DNA from: Promethearchaeota archaeon
GTDB taxonomy: Archaea; Asgardarchaeota; Lokiarchaeia; Sigyniarchaeales; SOKP01
Length of the DNA stretch: 64,000 bases
Assembly: GCA_019058295.1 (NCBI GenBank)
Contig: JAHPZI010000028.1
Span: 96,001-160,000, forward strand
Direction: 5' to 3'
Under the pieces are notes generated by a model, which saw only the letters and a list, made by a program, of their open reading frames with translations, ran no database searches and was not told the origin of the DNA. How positions within the stretch are numbered: position 1 is the stretch's first letter; each line of letters begins with the position of its first letter. The position numbers and the translations under genes were made by a program. Of this stretch, positions 50,535 to 60,097 are shown piece after piece.

Positions 50535-51536
50535 ATGAAATATTTTCAAAACGTACTGAAATTAATTGGTAGAACCCCTTTAGTCCGCATCAATAAAATT
50601 AATCCGAATAAAAATGTTCTTATGTTGGCTAAATTAGAAAAATACAATCCAGCAGGTTCCGTGAAAGAAAGAATAGCTATAACTATGATAGAAGAAGCTG
50701 AAAAACAAGGAATTTTAACCAAAGATAAGATAATTATAGAACCAAGTTCTGGTAATACTGGAATTGGATTGGCATTGGTTTGTGCAGTAAAGGATTATCA
50801 ATTAGAGATCGTTATGCCTGAAACGATGTCGATTGAACGCCGTAAGATAATGACGGTTTATGGAGCAAAAATAACATTAACTCCAGGAGATAAGGGGATG
50901 GATGGTGCAGAGGATTACGTTGAAGAAATAGTATCGAAAAATCCAGATAAATATTTCTATCCACATCAGTTCTCAAATGAAAATAATCCCCTTGCACATT
51001 ATAGATATACGGCTGGAGAAATAATTAATGATACAGATGGGGAATTAGACGTATTTATTGCAGGTTTGGGTACATCTGGAACATTAATGGGTGTTTCTAA
51101 ACGATTAAAAGAGTATAATCCTAAAATAAAAGTTATAGCAGTTGAACCAGTTCCTAATGCTCCTATTCAAGGTTTAAAAAGCTTAAAAACTTCATATGTA
51201 CCAGCGATTTACGACGAATCAAGAATAGATGAGAAAATTTATGTTTCAATGGAAGATGCCGAACATTTATCTCGAATGTTAGCATTACAAGAGGGCATTT
51301 TTTGTGGTATCAGTTCGGGAGCAGCTATGCATGTCGCTCTTGAAACTGCTAAAAAAATGGATTCTGGAACTATAGTCGTTCTTTTACCAGATGGAGGTGA
51401 AAAATATATCTCTGATCCAATATTCACTCCGGAGAAATGTCTCGCCTGTCAATACCAGTGTAAAGTGACAACGCTATGGACCGAAGATTACATAAAATCT
51501 ATTTCTGAATGGTGGGAAAAAACAGAATCTAAATAA
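50535..51536 (+). CDS. cysK: Cysteine synthase (CysK/CysM family)
   Basis: IG.TPLV, KLE..NPAGSVKER, SSGNTG, GTSGT, GISSGA; ATG after GAGG. Confidence 0.92.
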   Translation: MKYFQNVLKLIGRTPLVRINKINPNKNVLMLAKLEKYNPAGSVKERIAITMIEEAEKQGILTKDKIIIEPSSGNTGIGLALVCAVKDYQLEIVMPETMSIERRKIMTVYGAKITLTPGDKGMDGAEDYVEEIVSKNPDKYFYPHQFSNENNPLAHYRYTAGEIINDTDGELDVFIAGLGTSGTLMGVSKRLKEYNPKIKVIAVEPVPNAPIQGLKSLKTSYVPAIYDESRIDEKIYVSMEDAEHLSRMLALQEGIFCGISSGAAMHVALETAKKMDSGTIVVLLPDGGEKYISDPIFTPEKCLACQYQCKVTTLWTEDYIKSISEWWEKTESK

Positions 51537-51623
51537 CTCCTTTTATTATATTTTAATAGAAATAGAGAAATATTTTTAAAAATTTCTTCGAAAAGATTTA
51601 AATATATAGTAGATAAATTATAA

Positions 51624-51908
51624 ATGATGACAAAAGAAAAAGGCATTGACAAAGAAAGTCTATTAAGTTATATAAAAAAGGCAATTAAGTTATTATGTGA
51701 AAACAACTTATCTGAAGTGGTAATTTTATCATCTTACAAAATAAATTCTGTTCTAAAGGAGAATTTCGGCGTTAACATAAAAGTCGATAAAATTGGGAGA
51801 ATATTAAGCGGTATAGCTAAGCGAAATCAATTAAAAAGATTAAGTACCTCAATACCTAAATACAAATTACGAATATCTAATTTCTCCAGTTTGAAATTTA
51901 AGATTTGA
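51624..51908 (+). CDS. Small basic hypothetical protein (possible winged helix)
   Basis: 94 aa, basic, helix-turn-helix-like spacing. Confidence 0.5.
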   Translation: MMTKEKGIDKESLLSYIKKAIKLLCENNLSEVVILSSYKINSVLKENFGVNIKVDKIGRILSGIAKRNQLKRLSTSIPKYKLRISNFSSLKFKI

Positions 51909-53229
51909 TTATTTTTTTTAATTTTTCAGTTGCTAAATTCATTTCTTTATAAGTTTCTTTAAGATTATTCAGTTCTGTGTTCAATTTTTCAATTTCATTT
52001 GTAATATTCTGCTCTAAAGATGATATATCCGTTGATATGATATTCTCTATTTTATTAGAGAAATTTTCTGTCTCGTTTGAGACTTCTGTGATGTTTTCTG
52101 AGGTCTTGTTCACTGATTCTTCCAACTTAAAGGTTAAACTGCTAGAATTGCTAATTTTATCTGAAAGGTCTTTTAAATTATTTTCTATGTGATTCATAAT
52201 ATTCTTAAAGTTTGTTTCTACGAGGTTATTTAAATCGTTCAAAATCTCGTCTTTAGATGAAGATAATTGGGTTATTAAATCTCTTTGGGCGTCAATCCGA
52301 ATATCTAAATACATAGATATATTTTCCTTAAAGTTTTCAGCAATTTCATCTAAATTTCTTTTAAACCAGTTTGCTACATTGGAAATTCCGTCAGAGATTT
52401 TACCTTTCATATTACTCGTTGAATTTTTCAGAAGCTCAGATCCGGTTAATGCCCCATCTCTAATATCTTTAGTCCAGGTACCTAATTGATGTTCAAATTG
52501 ATCCATAAATAAATCTGCAAATTTTGAAGTTCCTTCTTGAAATCCTGAAATTATTGGTCCTAGGGCGAGTATAGGTTCTTTTGACATAGGGATCTCTTGG
52601 AGATCATCAAGAGGAGATTCCGCCAATTCATTAATTTCTCTGATTAGGATTGGTGCTTTTTTCTGAGTATCTTCAACTAATTTTTGAACCCATTTAAAAT
52701 AGTCAAGAGTGCTTGGAAATTCCAACTCGTATTCAACTTTATGATATTCATTATTTTTATCGTCGGAAGAATCATTTAATCTATAAATTTCAAAACCTAA
52801 ATTCCCTTCTTTACCCATTAAAGTGTGATCGAAAACAACATAAAAACCATAGGGTTTTTGTTCATTCTGGAAAAAGGAATGGTGGGTTTTGATTGCTGAA
52901 TCAGAAAAAAATAGCCCCCATCCTGGGTGGGATGAGTACCAACCTACTATATTCATTTTTTTGCTAGCATATCTATTTTCAATTTCAGAAAAAGTATTAT
53001 AATCATCTGAATTAAAACCTATTGATATTTTTTTTCCATGAGTGATAGGTATGGCATTAATAAGATCAATATCTTTATCGTTTAATTTACCAATGCAAAT
53101 TCCCATCACCTCAACACTTTCGTCTAATGCTTCATTTCCAAATCTTAAAACATGCGTTATCATGTTTCTAAACGCCTCTTTTTTAATTTTTATCTTTCCT
53201 TCTCCTGAATTTTCTTTTTGTGTCGGCAT
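51898..53229 (-). CDS. JAB/MPN domain protein with degenerate JAMM motif plus C-terminal helical/coiled-coil region
   Basis: EVMG retained; GWYSSHPGWGLFFSDSA lacks the first His and the Asp. Confidence 0.88.
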   Translation of the reverse strand: MPTQKENSGEGKIKIKKEAFRNMITHVLRFGNEALDESVEVMGICIGKLNDKDIDLINAIPITHGKKISIGFNSDDYNTFSEIENRYASKKMNIVGWYSSHPGWGLFFSDSAIKTHHSFFQNEQKPYGFYVVFDHTLMGKEGNLGFEIYRLNDSSDDKNNEYHKVEYELEFPSTLDYFKWVQKLVEDTQKKAPILIREINELAESPLDDLQEIPMSKEPILALGPIISGFQEGTSKFADLFMDQFEHQLGTWTKDIRDGALTGSELLKNSTSNMKGKISDGISNVANWFKRNLDEIAENFKENISMYLDIRIDAQRDLITQLSSSKDEILNDLNNLVETNFKNIMNHIENNLKDLSDKISNSSSLTFKLEESVNKTSENITEVSNETENFSNKIENIISTDISSLEQNITNEIEKLNTELNNLKETYKEMNLATEKLKKIIKS

Positions 53230-53234
53230 TTTAG

Positions 53235-54689
53235 TTATTCACCCCCTCCTTCTAGATTTTTAATTTTATTTAATAAATCCTCCTTCTGAGACTCCATTTC
53301 TTTTAATTTATCATTTAAAGATTTAAAAGTGGCTTCAATTTCAGATGATGATGAATCATAATTCGATAAAAATTCTTGTGTTTCATTACGGTAATCAGTA
53401 AATTTATTTAATATATTAGCTATTTTTTCTTTTAAATTGCTTTCAATTTTTCCACAAAATCCCCTTAATTTTTCTGAAGTTAACCTTTCTAAAGATTTAG
53501 TCTTTTCAGATATTTTTTCTAAAGATAATCTTTGTTGAGCTAAACTTTCTGAAGAGAGTTTATTTTTTTGATTAATTTCTGTCAATTTATTTGAATTTTC
53601 AGCGAAATTTTCACTAATTTTATTTAATAAACCATTGACGTTTTGTTCAAATAATTCATTTATCTGTGTAGGGAGTTCTTCTTTTAATTTTTCAATAAAA
53701 TTTTTTGCAATTTCATTGTTTTTATCAAAATTTTCAAACTGATCACCTATATAGGTCTCAAGATCATCTAGCTTATATTTTAATGAGAATTTAAAATTAT
53801 TCTGAAGCTTATCAATTCCTTTCCTTAAATCATCTTTTAAATCAACTAAATCATCTCTAATTTGAATATTATTTTCCATTATATTTTTTATAATCTCTTG
53901 GCTCCAAGAGTTTAAAAAATTTATTAGTGGTTCAATAGATAATTGTAAAAATTGCGAAATTCCATTATGTAAAGCTGAGAGAATATCTTCTAAATTTAAT
54001 TGGGGCTTAGCCGCTAATAATTCCCTTTTGCTTGGAAAGAAAATCTCGCCGAAAAGATCAGGGGTTTCGTTAATCTCCAAAATTGGGGGTTCTTTTGAGT
54101 GAATACAATTAATTAATTCCATTATTTTAAAGTAATAATCTATACTGTCAGGAGGTTCTACAATAGTTTCTACCTCATGATAATCTGATTTTTGACCCTT
54201 GGACGGATCATCAAGTCTAAAAGTTCTAAAACCTAAATCTCCCTGATTTTCTAAAAAAGTATGATCAAAAACTATGCCTATAGCGCTAGGATTTGGAGTT
54301 TGCCAACCCAGCTGATTTATTTTGTCTACTCCCGAGAAAAAAATGTTTAACCCAGGATGTGAATGGAACCAACCAACACTGAAAAGCCCCTTATCAGCGT
54401 ATTTTTCATCTATTAGAGCAAAAGACACATAATCTTCAGGAGCAAAAGCAACCTCAATCGAACCGCCATGCGAAATTGGCACAGCATCTTCAACAATTAT
54501 ATTTTTAATGCCCCTTTTATTTGGTTCACCTTCAAGGCGTCCAATAAGTATTCCCATTACTTCCTTGTATTGTCTCTGATCTCTTACTCTATTACCAAAT
54601 CGCAATATATGGACGAGCATTTTGTAATAGGCAAGTGGTTTGATAAGGACGGACCTATCGCTCTCTTGATGACGTTTACTCAAATTCAT
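53235..54689 (-). CDS. JAB/MPN+ metalloprotease plus C-terminal helical/coiled-coil region
   Basis: EVMG; GWFHSHPGLNIFFSGVD is an intact HxH-x7-S-x2-D. Confidence 0.92.
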   Translation of the reverse strand: MNLSKRHQESDRSVLIKPLAYYKMLVHILRFGNRVRDQRQYKEVMGILIGRLEGEPNKRGIKNIIVEDAVPISHGGSIEVAFAPEDYVSFALIDEKYADKGLFSVGWFHSHPGLNIFFSGVDKINQLGWQTPNPSAIGIVFDHTFLENQGDLGFRTFRLDDPSKGQKSDYHEVETIVEPPDSIDYYFKIMELINCIHSKEPPILEINETPDLFGEIFFPSKRELLAAKPQLNLEDILSALHNGISQFLQLSIEPLINFLNSWSQEIIKNIMENNIQIRDDLVDLKDDLRKGIDKLQNNFKFSLKYKLDDLETYIGDQFENFDKNNEIAKNFIEKLKEELPTQINELFEQNVNGLLNKISENFAENSNKLTEINQKNKLSSESLAQQRLSLEKISEKTKSLERLTSEKLRGFCGKIESNLKEKIANILNKFTDYRNETQEFLSNYDSSSSEIEATFKSLNDKLKEMESQKEDLLNKIKNLEGGGE

Positions 54690-54795
54690 TCACTTTTTTT
54701 TAAAATTTAGATTTGTTAATTCTTATTATTAATATAATTTAACGATTTTAAAATACTATTTATAGAATAAAAAAGAGTAAAATTTTTCCTAAATA

Positions 54796-55524
54796 TTAAT
54801 GCTTATGAGGTATTTCGCGACCGCAGTCTGGACAATATTTAGGAATCAAATTTTTACCGCAATAAGGGCAAAATTCTGATGATTTTTCACTAACTTCCTC
54901 TGTCGAAACTACAGCAGATGATTTTTCACTAACTTTTTCTGTCGAAACTTCAGCAGATGCAGGAGTTTCTTGAGGAGTACCTCCTGGAATTGAAGGTAAT
55001 TTTCTTTTTGTTTTTATAGTAGATGAAGCAGATGCCTGTTCTTCTTTTGCTCTTTCAGCAGCCACTCTTTCTTTAAATGCTTTTCGCTGTTCTTCTAACT
55101 TCTCCTCTTGAGTTTGTTCACCTTCTTGTTTCACCCAACCAGGACCCTTAAAAGCACCTTTGATCTCACTTTGAGGTACTTTTTCTAATTCAACTTTTTT
55201 CGTTTCAGCAACAGGTGCAACAGCTCTTTTTTCTTGTTTTTTACTAATTGCTTGTTTTATTAACGCTTGAGTTGTTTTCATAATTTGGTGTGGGTTTATA
55301 TTTGGTAGCGTAATAGTTCGTAGGACCCAGCCAACAATATAATTCTGATTTGGAAAGTCTCCATCTCCCATTTCAGCATCTTTATATACATAAGAATCGA
55401 TTACGTCCTTACCTTTAAGAAGGCGAGACGCCCAGCGTTTATTTATAAGTCCCAGTTGTAATCGATAAGAAGTACCTGAAATTCCCAACTGGGATGATAA
55501 GGGGATGAAACCTTGTTCTGTAAT
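54796..55524 (-). CDS. Hypothetical protein with low-complexity linker and C-terminal double zinc ribbon (start extended to ATT at 55524)
   Basis: CPYCG...CPDCG; AAGGTGA SD at 55531-55537; 39-nt duplication at 54878-54955. Confidence 0.75.
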   Translation of the reverse strand: MTEQGFIPLSSQLGISGTSYRLQLGLINKRWASRLLKGKDVIDSYVYKDAEMGDGDFPNQNYIVGWVLRTITLPNINPHQIMKTTQALIKQAISKKQEKRAVAPVAETKKVELEKVPQSEIKGAFKGPGWVKQEGEQTQEEKLEEQRKAFKERVAAERAKEEQASASSTIKTKRKLPSIPGGTPQETPASAEVSTEKVSEKSSAVVSTEEVSEKSSEFCPYCGKNLIPKYCPDCGREIPHKH

Positions 55525-55686
55525 GATATTTCACCTTATTATTATTGTAATATTTTGATTATGATTATTATAATAATTATAATTTTACTAATTTATAATT
55601 TTATATGCAAGAAAAAGCATAAATAGAAAAAGTTTTATTATGAATCAACAAGCTTAAAAATATAATAAAAAAACTCATAATAAAAA

Positions 55687-56643
55687 ATGACTGTAATTAT
55701 CCCAAAAAAAGCTTATTTAACTATCGTAGCAGCGTCTGTTAGATTTGCAAATCCTAAGATTCCCTTTGACGATTGGTTAGAAATATATGGTATTTTTACG
55801 GGAAAATCTTCCAAGAATGGTAAGGATTTAATAATTACTGAAGCATATAATATAACACACCAAGTAAAAAGGGAAGAGGATATAATAGACAAGGTATATT
55901 GGTCTGATGAAGATTATATCTCATTTAGTATGATTGATGACGATGCTTTTTCAAGAGGCGAATATACAGTAGGATGGTACCATTCTCATCCTGGTCACAG
56001 AGTAATGATGACTAGTTTAGATATTCGCACTACAGCAACTTATCAACAATATAATCCTCTTGCAGTTTCTCTTGTATTTAATCCACAACGATTAACCAGA
56101 CAAATTGAAGTTCCAGCAAGAAAAGGAGATCCCGAACTAAGATTGGATTGCGATCCCGGTTTTAAAATTTTTAGATTGGGCAATCCTGAAGATGTTGATT
56201 CAAATTACCATGAAGTATATGATTATAAGATTGATGGATTTGAAAGTGAAGAGCAATTAGTAGAATATGCTAAAAAGTTCGCTATAGAAATAACAGATTT
56301 ATTTCCTAAAGATAATGTTGTTGAATCATATAATAATTACGTCAATGATAAATTAAGACAATTAAACTCATTATTGATGGGAACTGAAGATTATTTGAAA
56401 TCATTAGCTCGAAAAGATGAAAAAAGTAGGATCCCTGAAGTGTTAGAAAATCAAAAAAAAGAGATTAATAAATTTGTAGCAGAAACATATGTTAAAATAG
56501 AAAATATGAAAGAATTCCTTGATTATCTCGAATATAAAGAAAAAGATGTTATCATTCCAAAAGTTAAGGACGTCTTATCCAATTGGGATGAAAATATAGC
56601 TAATTTAGATAAGAAATTAGATGAATTATCAAAAAAATTCTAA
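55687..56643 (+). CDS. JAB/MPN domain protein plus C-terminal helical bundle
   Basis: LEIYG; GWYHSHPGHRVMMTSLD (Ser replaced by Thr). Confidence 0.88.
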   Translation: MTVIIPKKAYLTIVAASVRFANPKIPFDDWLEIYGIFTGKSSKNGKDLIITEAYNITHQVKREEDIIDKVYWSDEDYISFSMIDDDAFSRGEYTVGWYHSHPGHRVMMTSLDIRTTATYQQYNPLAVSLVFNPQRLTRQIEVPARKGDPELRLDCDPGFKIFRLGNPEDVDSNYHEVYDYKIDGFESEEQLVEYAKKFAIEITDLFPKDNVVESYNNYVNDKLRQLNSLLMGTEDYLKSLARKDEKSRIPEVLENQKKEINKFVAETYVKIENMKEFLDYLEYKEKDVIIPKVKDVLSNWDENIANLDKKLDELSKKF

Positions 56644-56767
56644 ATTACTTAAAATCAGTTTTTTATTCTCAAAATCAGTAGTTTCTAACTTTAAAAAATC
56701 ATAATAATATTTTTAATAATTGGTTTGTACCAAAAATCTTTTAATTCCTTTTATTTTACTACTTACA

Positions 56768-58978
56768 ATGAAAAAGATTAATTTTCCCTTCACAGCGATA
56801 TTAGGACAAGATAAAATGAAGATGGGTTTAATTTTAAACGTTATAGACCCACAAATAGGAGGAGTTCTTTTAACAGGACATCAAGGGACGGGTAAGTCTA
56901 CGGCTGTAAGGTCTTTAGTAGAAGTTATGCCAAAAATAGAAGTTATCGAAGATTGCCAATTTTCTTGTGATCCAGCATCAAATATTGATGATCTTTGTGC
57001 TTCTTGCCGCCAGAAAAAAAAGGAAGATAAATTAAAAACTTATGTACGCAATATGAGAATCGTTAATCTTCCTCTTGGTGTAACAGAAGATATGGTATGT
57101 GGGAGTTTATCAATTGATAAAGTTCTTACAGAAGGAACTTCTGAACTTCATTCAGGCTTATTAGCTAAAGCTAATCGTGGTATTTTATATGTTGATGAAA
57201 TAAATCTTTTACAAGACCATATAGTTGACGTTCTGTTGGATGCCGCAGCGTCAGGGATCAATATAATAGAGCGCGAGGGAATATCAGTTTCTCATCCATC
57301 TCGATTTGTTTTAGTAGGTTCGATGAACCCTGAAGAAGGGGAATTAAGACCACAGATCGCAGATAGGTTAGGTTTAGAAGTTAAAATAAAGGCACCGAGA
57401 GATCCTACATTGCGGGCCGAAATTACGAAAAGAGTAATAGAATTTGACGATAATCCAAAGGATTTTATTGAGAAATATGAAGAAGAGCAAGAAAAATTAA
57501 GGCAAAAAATACTTAATGCGAGAAAGATCATTAGTACGGTTGAAATTCCAGCGCGTATTTACGAATTAGTATCGAAAATTGTTAATGATCTTGGAATTTT
57601 TTCACAAAGAGCAGATATTACATTCATTAGATGTGCTAGGGCGAACGCTGCTTTAAATGGTAGACAGAGGATTGAACAAGAGGATCTCAATGTTGCAATG
57701 GATTTAGTATTCGAACATCGAATAGCGTCATTACATTATGAAATGACACCTAATGAAATAAAAGCGAAAATTGCCGAAGTTTATGGAAAAATTGAAGAAG
57801 CTATTGAAGATCCAGAAGTATATAAATCAAATCCCGAGACTGAAGGACCTTTAAAGCACGATGATACTCCTCAAGAAGAATTTAAGCGACAATCTATTGA
57901 TCCTGATAAAGTGGATGTTGGGGAAACAAAAGAACAAAAATACCCTCCTCCTAAATATCCAGATAAGAAAAAGAGAAAAGCAAAACCAGCAGGAGGTTGG
58001 AAAGTTAAAGATATACCGTTTGAAGAAGCGGATGATTTTAATTTATCAGATGATGATTTTGATATAACATCATTTATTTATAGAATGGAAAAGAAAATGA
58101 CTTCTATTTTAGATAATATTCGCAGAGAACGTAGAGTTTCTGATTATGGAGGTCGGGGAATTGGTCGTAGAATTAAAATAGCATCGTCTCAAAAAGGAAG
58201 GTATGTATCATATCGGACTCCTAGAGGTCAGCGACCAAAAAGTATAGCTTTAGATGCGACAATTAGGAACTACTTAAAAAATATTGTGTACAATCAAACG
58301 GAAATTAGCTTTCCAATTCGATTTAATAAATATGATTTAATGGATAAAATCTATGAATATCGAGCACCATTAGCGCTATTTTTTGTTCTTGACAGTTCTG
58401 CGTCTATGTACTATGTTATTAAACAAATGACTGATGTTATTTTATCTTTACAAAAGGAAGGATATAGAAAAAGAGATAAAATTTGCCTTATAATCTTTAG
58501 AGGCAAAGAGGCAGTTGTCTTGCAGAAACCGACTGTCATTTTTAAATATGCTTTAAATAAATTAAAAAAAATAGAGGGAAAATCATATACACCAATGGCA
58601 GCTGCCTTAAGGAAAGTTATGGATTTAATAAAGGCAGAGAAAATGAAAAATAAAAATATTGTTCCTGTAATTTTTATTTGTTCAGACTGTGGTGCTAATA
58701 TTTCTGCGAAATATCCTGAGTTAATTGCTCAAATTGAAAGTGATTATGCTATAATTATTCAGGAATTAAAAGAATTGACCAAAAAGCTTTCAAAACAAAA
58801 AGTTCATATAGTTGTGTTAGAACCAAAAAAATCATACGCAACGCAGGCACTAGGTGTACATCCATATTCTGCTGATAAAATTAAGAAAAATTTCAAAAGG
58901 TATGGAGGAGCTGAGATATATAAATTTGATCGATATAATCCTTCATCGCTAATTTTAGAATTAAAAAAGATTCTTTAA
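56768..58978 (+). CDS. BchI/BchD-type AAA+ ATPase fused to vWA domain
   Basis: FPFTAILGQ, GHQGTGKST, LYVDEINLL, MNPEEGELRPQ, Pro/acidic linker, MIDAS LDSSASM, TP. Confidence 0.9.
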   Translation: MKKINFPFTAILGQDKMKMGLILNVIDPQIGGVLLTGHQGTGKSTAVRSLVEVMPKIEVIEDCQFSCDPASNIDDLCASCRQKKKEDKLKTYVRNMRIVNLPLGVTEDMVCGSLSIDKVLTEGTSELHSGLLAKANRGILYVDEINLLQDHIVDVLLDAAASGINIIEREGISVSHPSRFVLVGSMNPEEGELRPQIADRLGLEVKIKAPRDPTLRAEITKRVIEFDDNPKDFIEKYEEEQEKLRQKILNARKIISTVEIPARIYELVSKIVNDLGIFSQRADITFIRCARANAALNGRQRIEQEDLNVAMDLVFEHRIASLHYEMTPNEIKAKIAEVYGKIEEAIEDPEVYKSNPETEGPLKHDDTPQEEFKRQSIDPDKVDVGETKEQKYPPPKYPDKKKRKAKPAGGWKVKDIPFEEADDFNLSDDDFDITSFIYRMEKKMTSILDNIRRERRVSDYGGRGIGRRIKIASSQKGRYVSYRTPRGQRPKSIALDATIRNYLKNIVYNQTEISFPIRFNKYDLMDKIYEYRAPLALFFVLDSSASMYYVIKQMTDVILSLQKEGYRKRDKICLIIFRGKEAVVLQKPTVIFKYALNKLKKIEGKSYTPMAAALRKVMDLIKAEKMKNKNIVPVIFICSDCGANISAKYPELIAQIESDYAIIIQELKELTKKLSKQKVHIVVLEPKKSYATQALGVHPYSADKIKKNFKRYGGAEIYKFDRYNPSSLILELKKIL

Positions 58979-59044
58979 TGATATATCTCGTTTCTAATAT
59001 TTATTCTTTTAATCCTAATTTTAAGGTAATTTATTTAATTTTTT

Positions 59045-59989
59045 TTATTGTTTTTTTGCAAACTCTAAAGCTTTTTCGGTAGCCTCATTTAATAATTTTA
59101 GATGTCTTTTTCCGAATGATATTAATATTTTTCTATAAAGTCCAGGAATGAATCCTCGTAAAAACTGCATTGCTCTTCCATAGCGTCTCTCAAAAATATA
59201 AAGTTTTTTCTTTTTAATCTTTTTAATAAAACGTTTTACAGCTCGCTCTACGGGAAATCCCCCAGCAAAACCATGAGATAATCCTTGCTTTTTAGTGAAT
59301 TCTTCCCAATAATGACTTTTCCCTATTTTAAGTGCTTCTTGCATATCATCAGCATTAATTCCTTCCAATTTTTCAGGGGATATTCCAAATCCAACTGAAT
59401 CAATTAAATTTGTTCTAATTGGAAAAGGACAAATCACAGACACGTCAATTCCTCTATGACTATATTCACTATAGAGTGATTCACAAAATCCTGCATTAGC
59501 AAATTTTGATGTATTATATGGATTTAAGCCACCAACGCCTAAACTTCCCGCAATTGAAGCAGTCACGATAATATGACCAAATTTTTGTTCTAAAAATTTA
59601 GATATAAACGCTTTTACTACATAATACATGCCAAATAAATTGACATTTATAGTTTTCTCCCATTGGGCTTGAGTTATATCCTCAAATGGCCCTCCAGTAG
59701 CAATACCTGCGTTAGAAAATAAAAAATATATCTCTCCTAATTCTTTAATTGAAATTTTAGCTAAATTTCTTACTTGGGAATTTTTTGTCACATCACAATT
59801 AACTGAGATTACCTTTATAGGAAATTCTTCTAATTCTTTTCTTAGTAATTCTAACTTTTCCATATTGATATCAGAGATTACAAGATTACATCCATATTTT
59901 GCTAAGTTTAAAGCAAATTCTCGTCCAATACCACTGGCAGCTCCTGTTATAACAGCACTTTTTCCTTTAAAAAACTTCTTGCTTTTCAT
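59045..59989 (-). CDS. Short-chain dehydrogenase/reductase
   Basis: TGAASGIG, SNAG, YNTSK. Confidence 0.93.
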   Translation of the reverse strand: MKSKKFFKGKSAVITGAASGIGREFALNLAKYGCNLVISDINMEKLELLRKELEEFPIKVISVNCDVTKNSQVRNLAKISIKELGEIYFLFSNAGIATGGPFEDITQAQWEKTINVNLFGMYYVVKAFISKFLEQKFGHIIVTASIAGSLGVGGLNPYNTSKFANAGFCESLYSEYSHRGIDVSVICPFPIRTNLIDSVGFGISPEKLEGINADDMQEALKIGKSHYWEEFTKKQGLSHGFAGGFPVERAVKRFIKKIKKKKLYIFERRYGRAMQFLRGFIPGLYRKILISFGKRHLKLLNEATEKALEFAKKQ

Positions 59990-60097
59990 TATTTTAATTC
60001 ACTTGCTATTTCTAACAATAAATTATAGAATTAAGGAGAATTTAATTAAATTAGCATAATAAATATTTCTTTAAATTCTCTATCTATTATTTTATTA

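Noticed and set aside
56768-58978. Mg-chelatase implying (bacterio)chlorophyll synthesis
   Set aside because: No BchH/CobN or tetrapyrrole genes in the window; this AAA/vWA family is widespread in non-phototrophs
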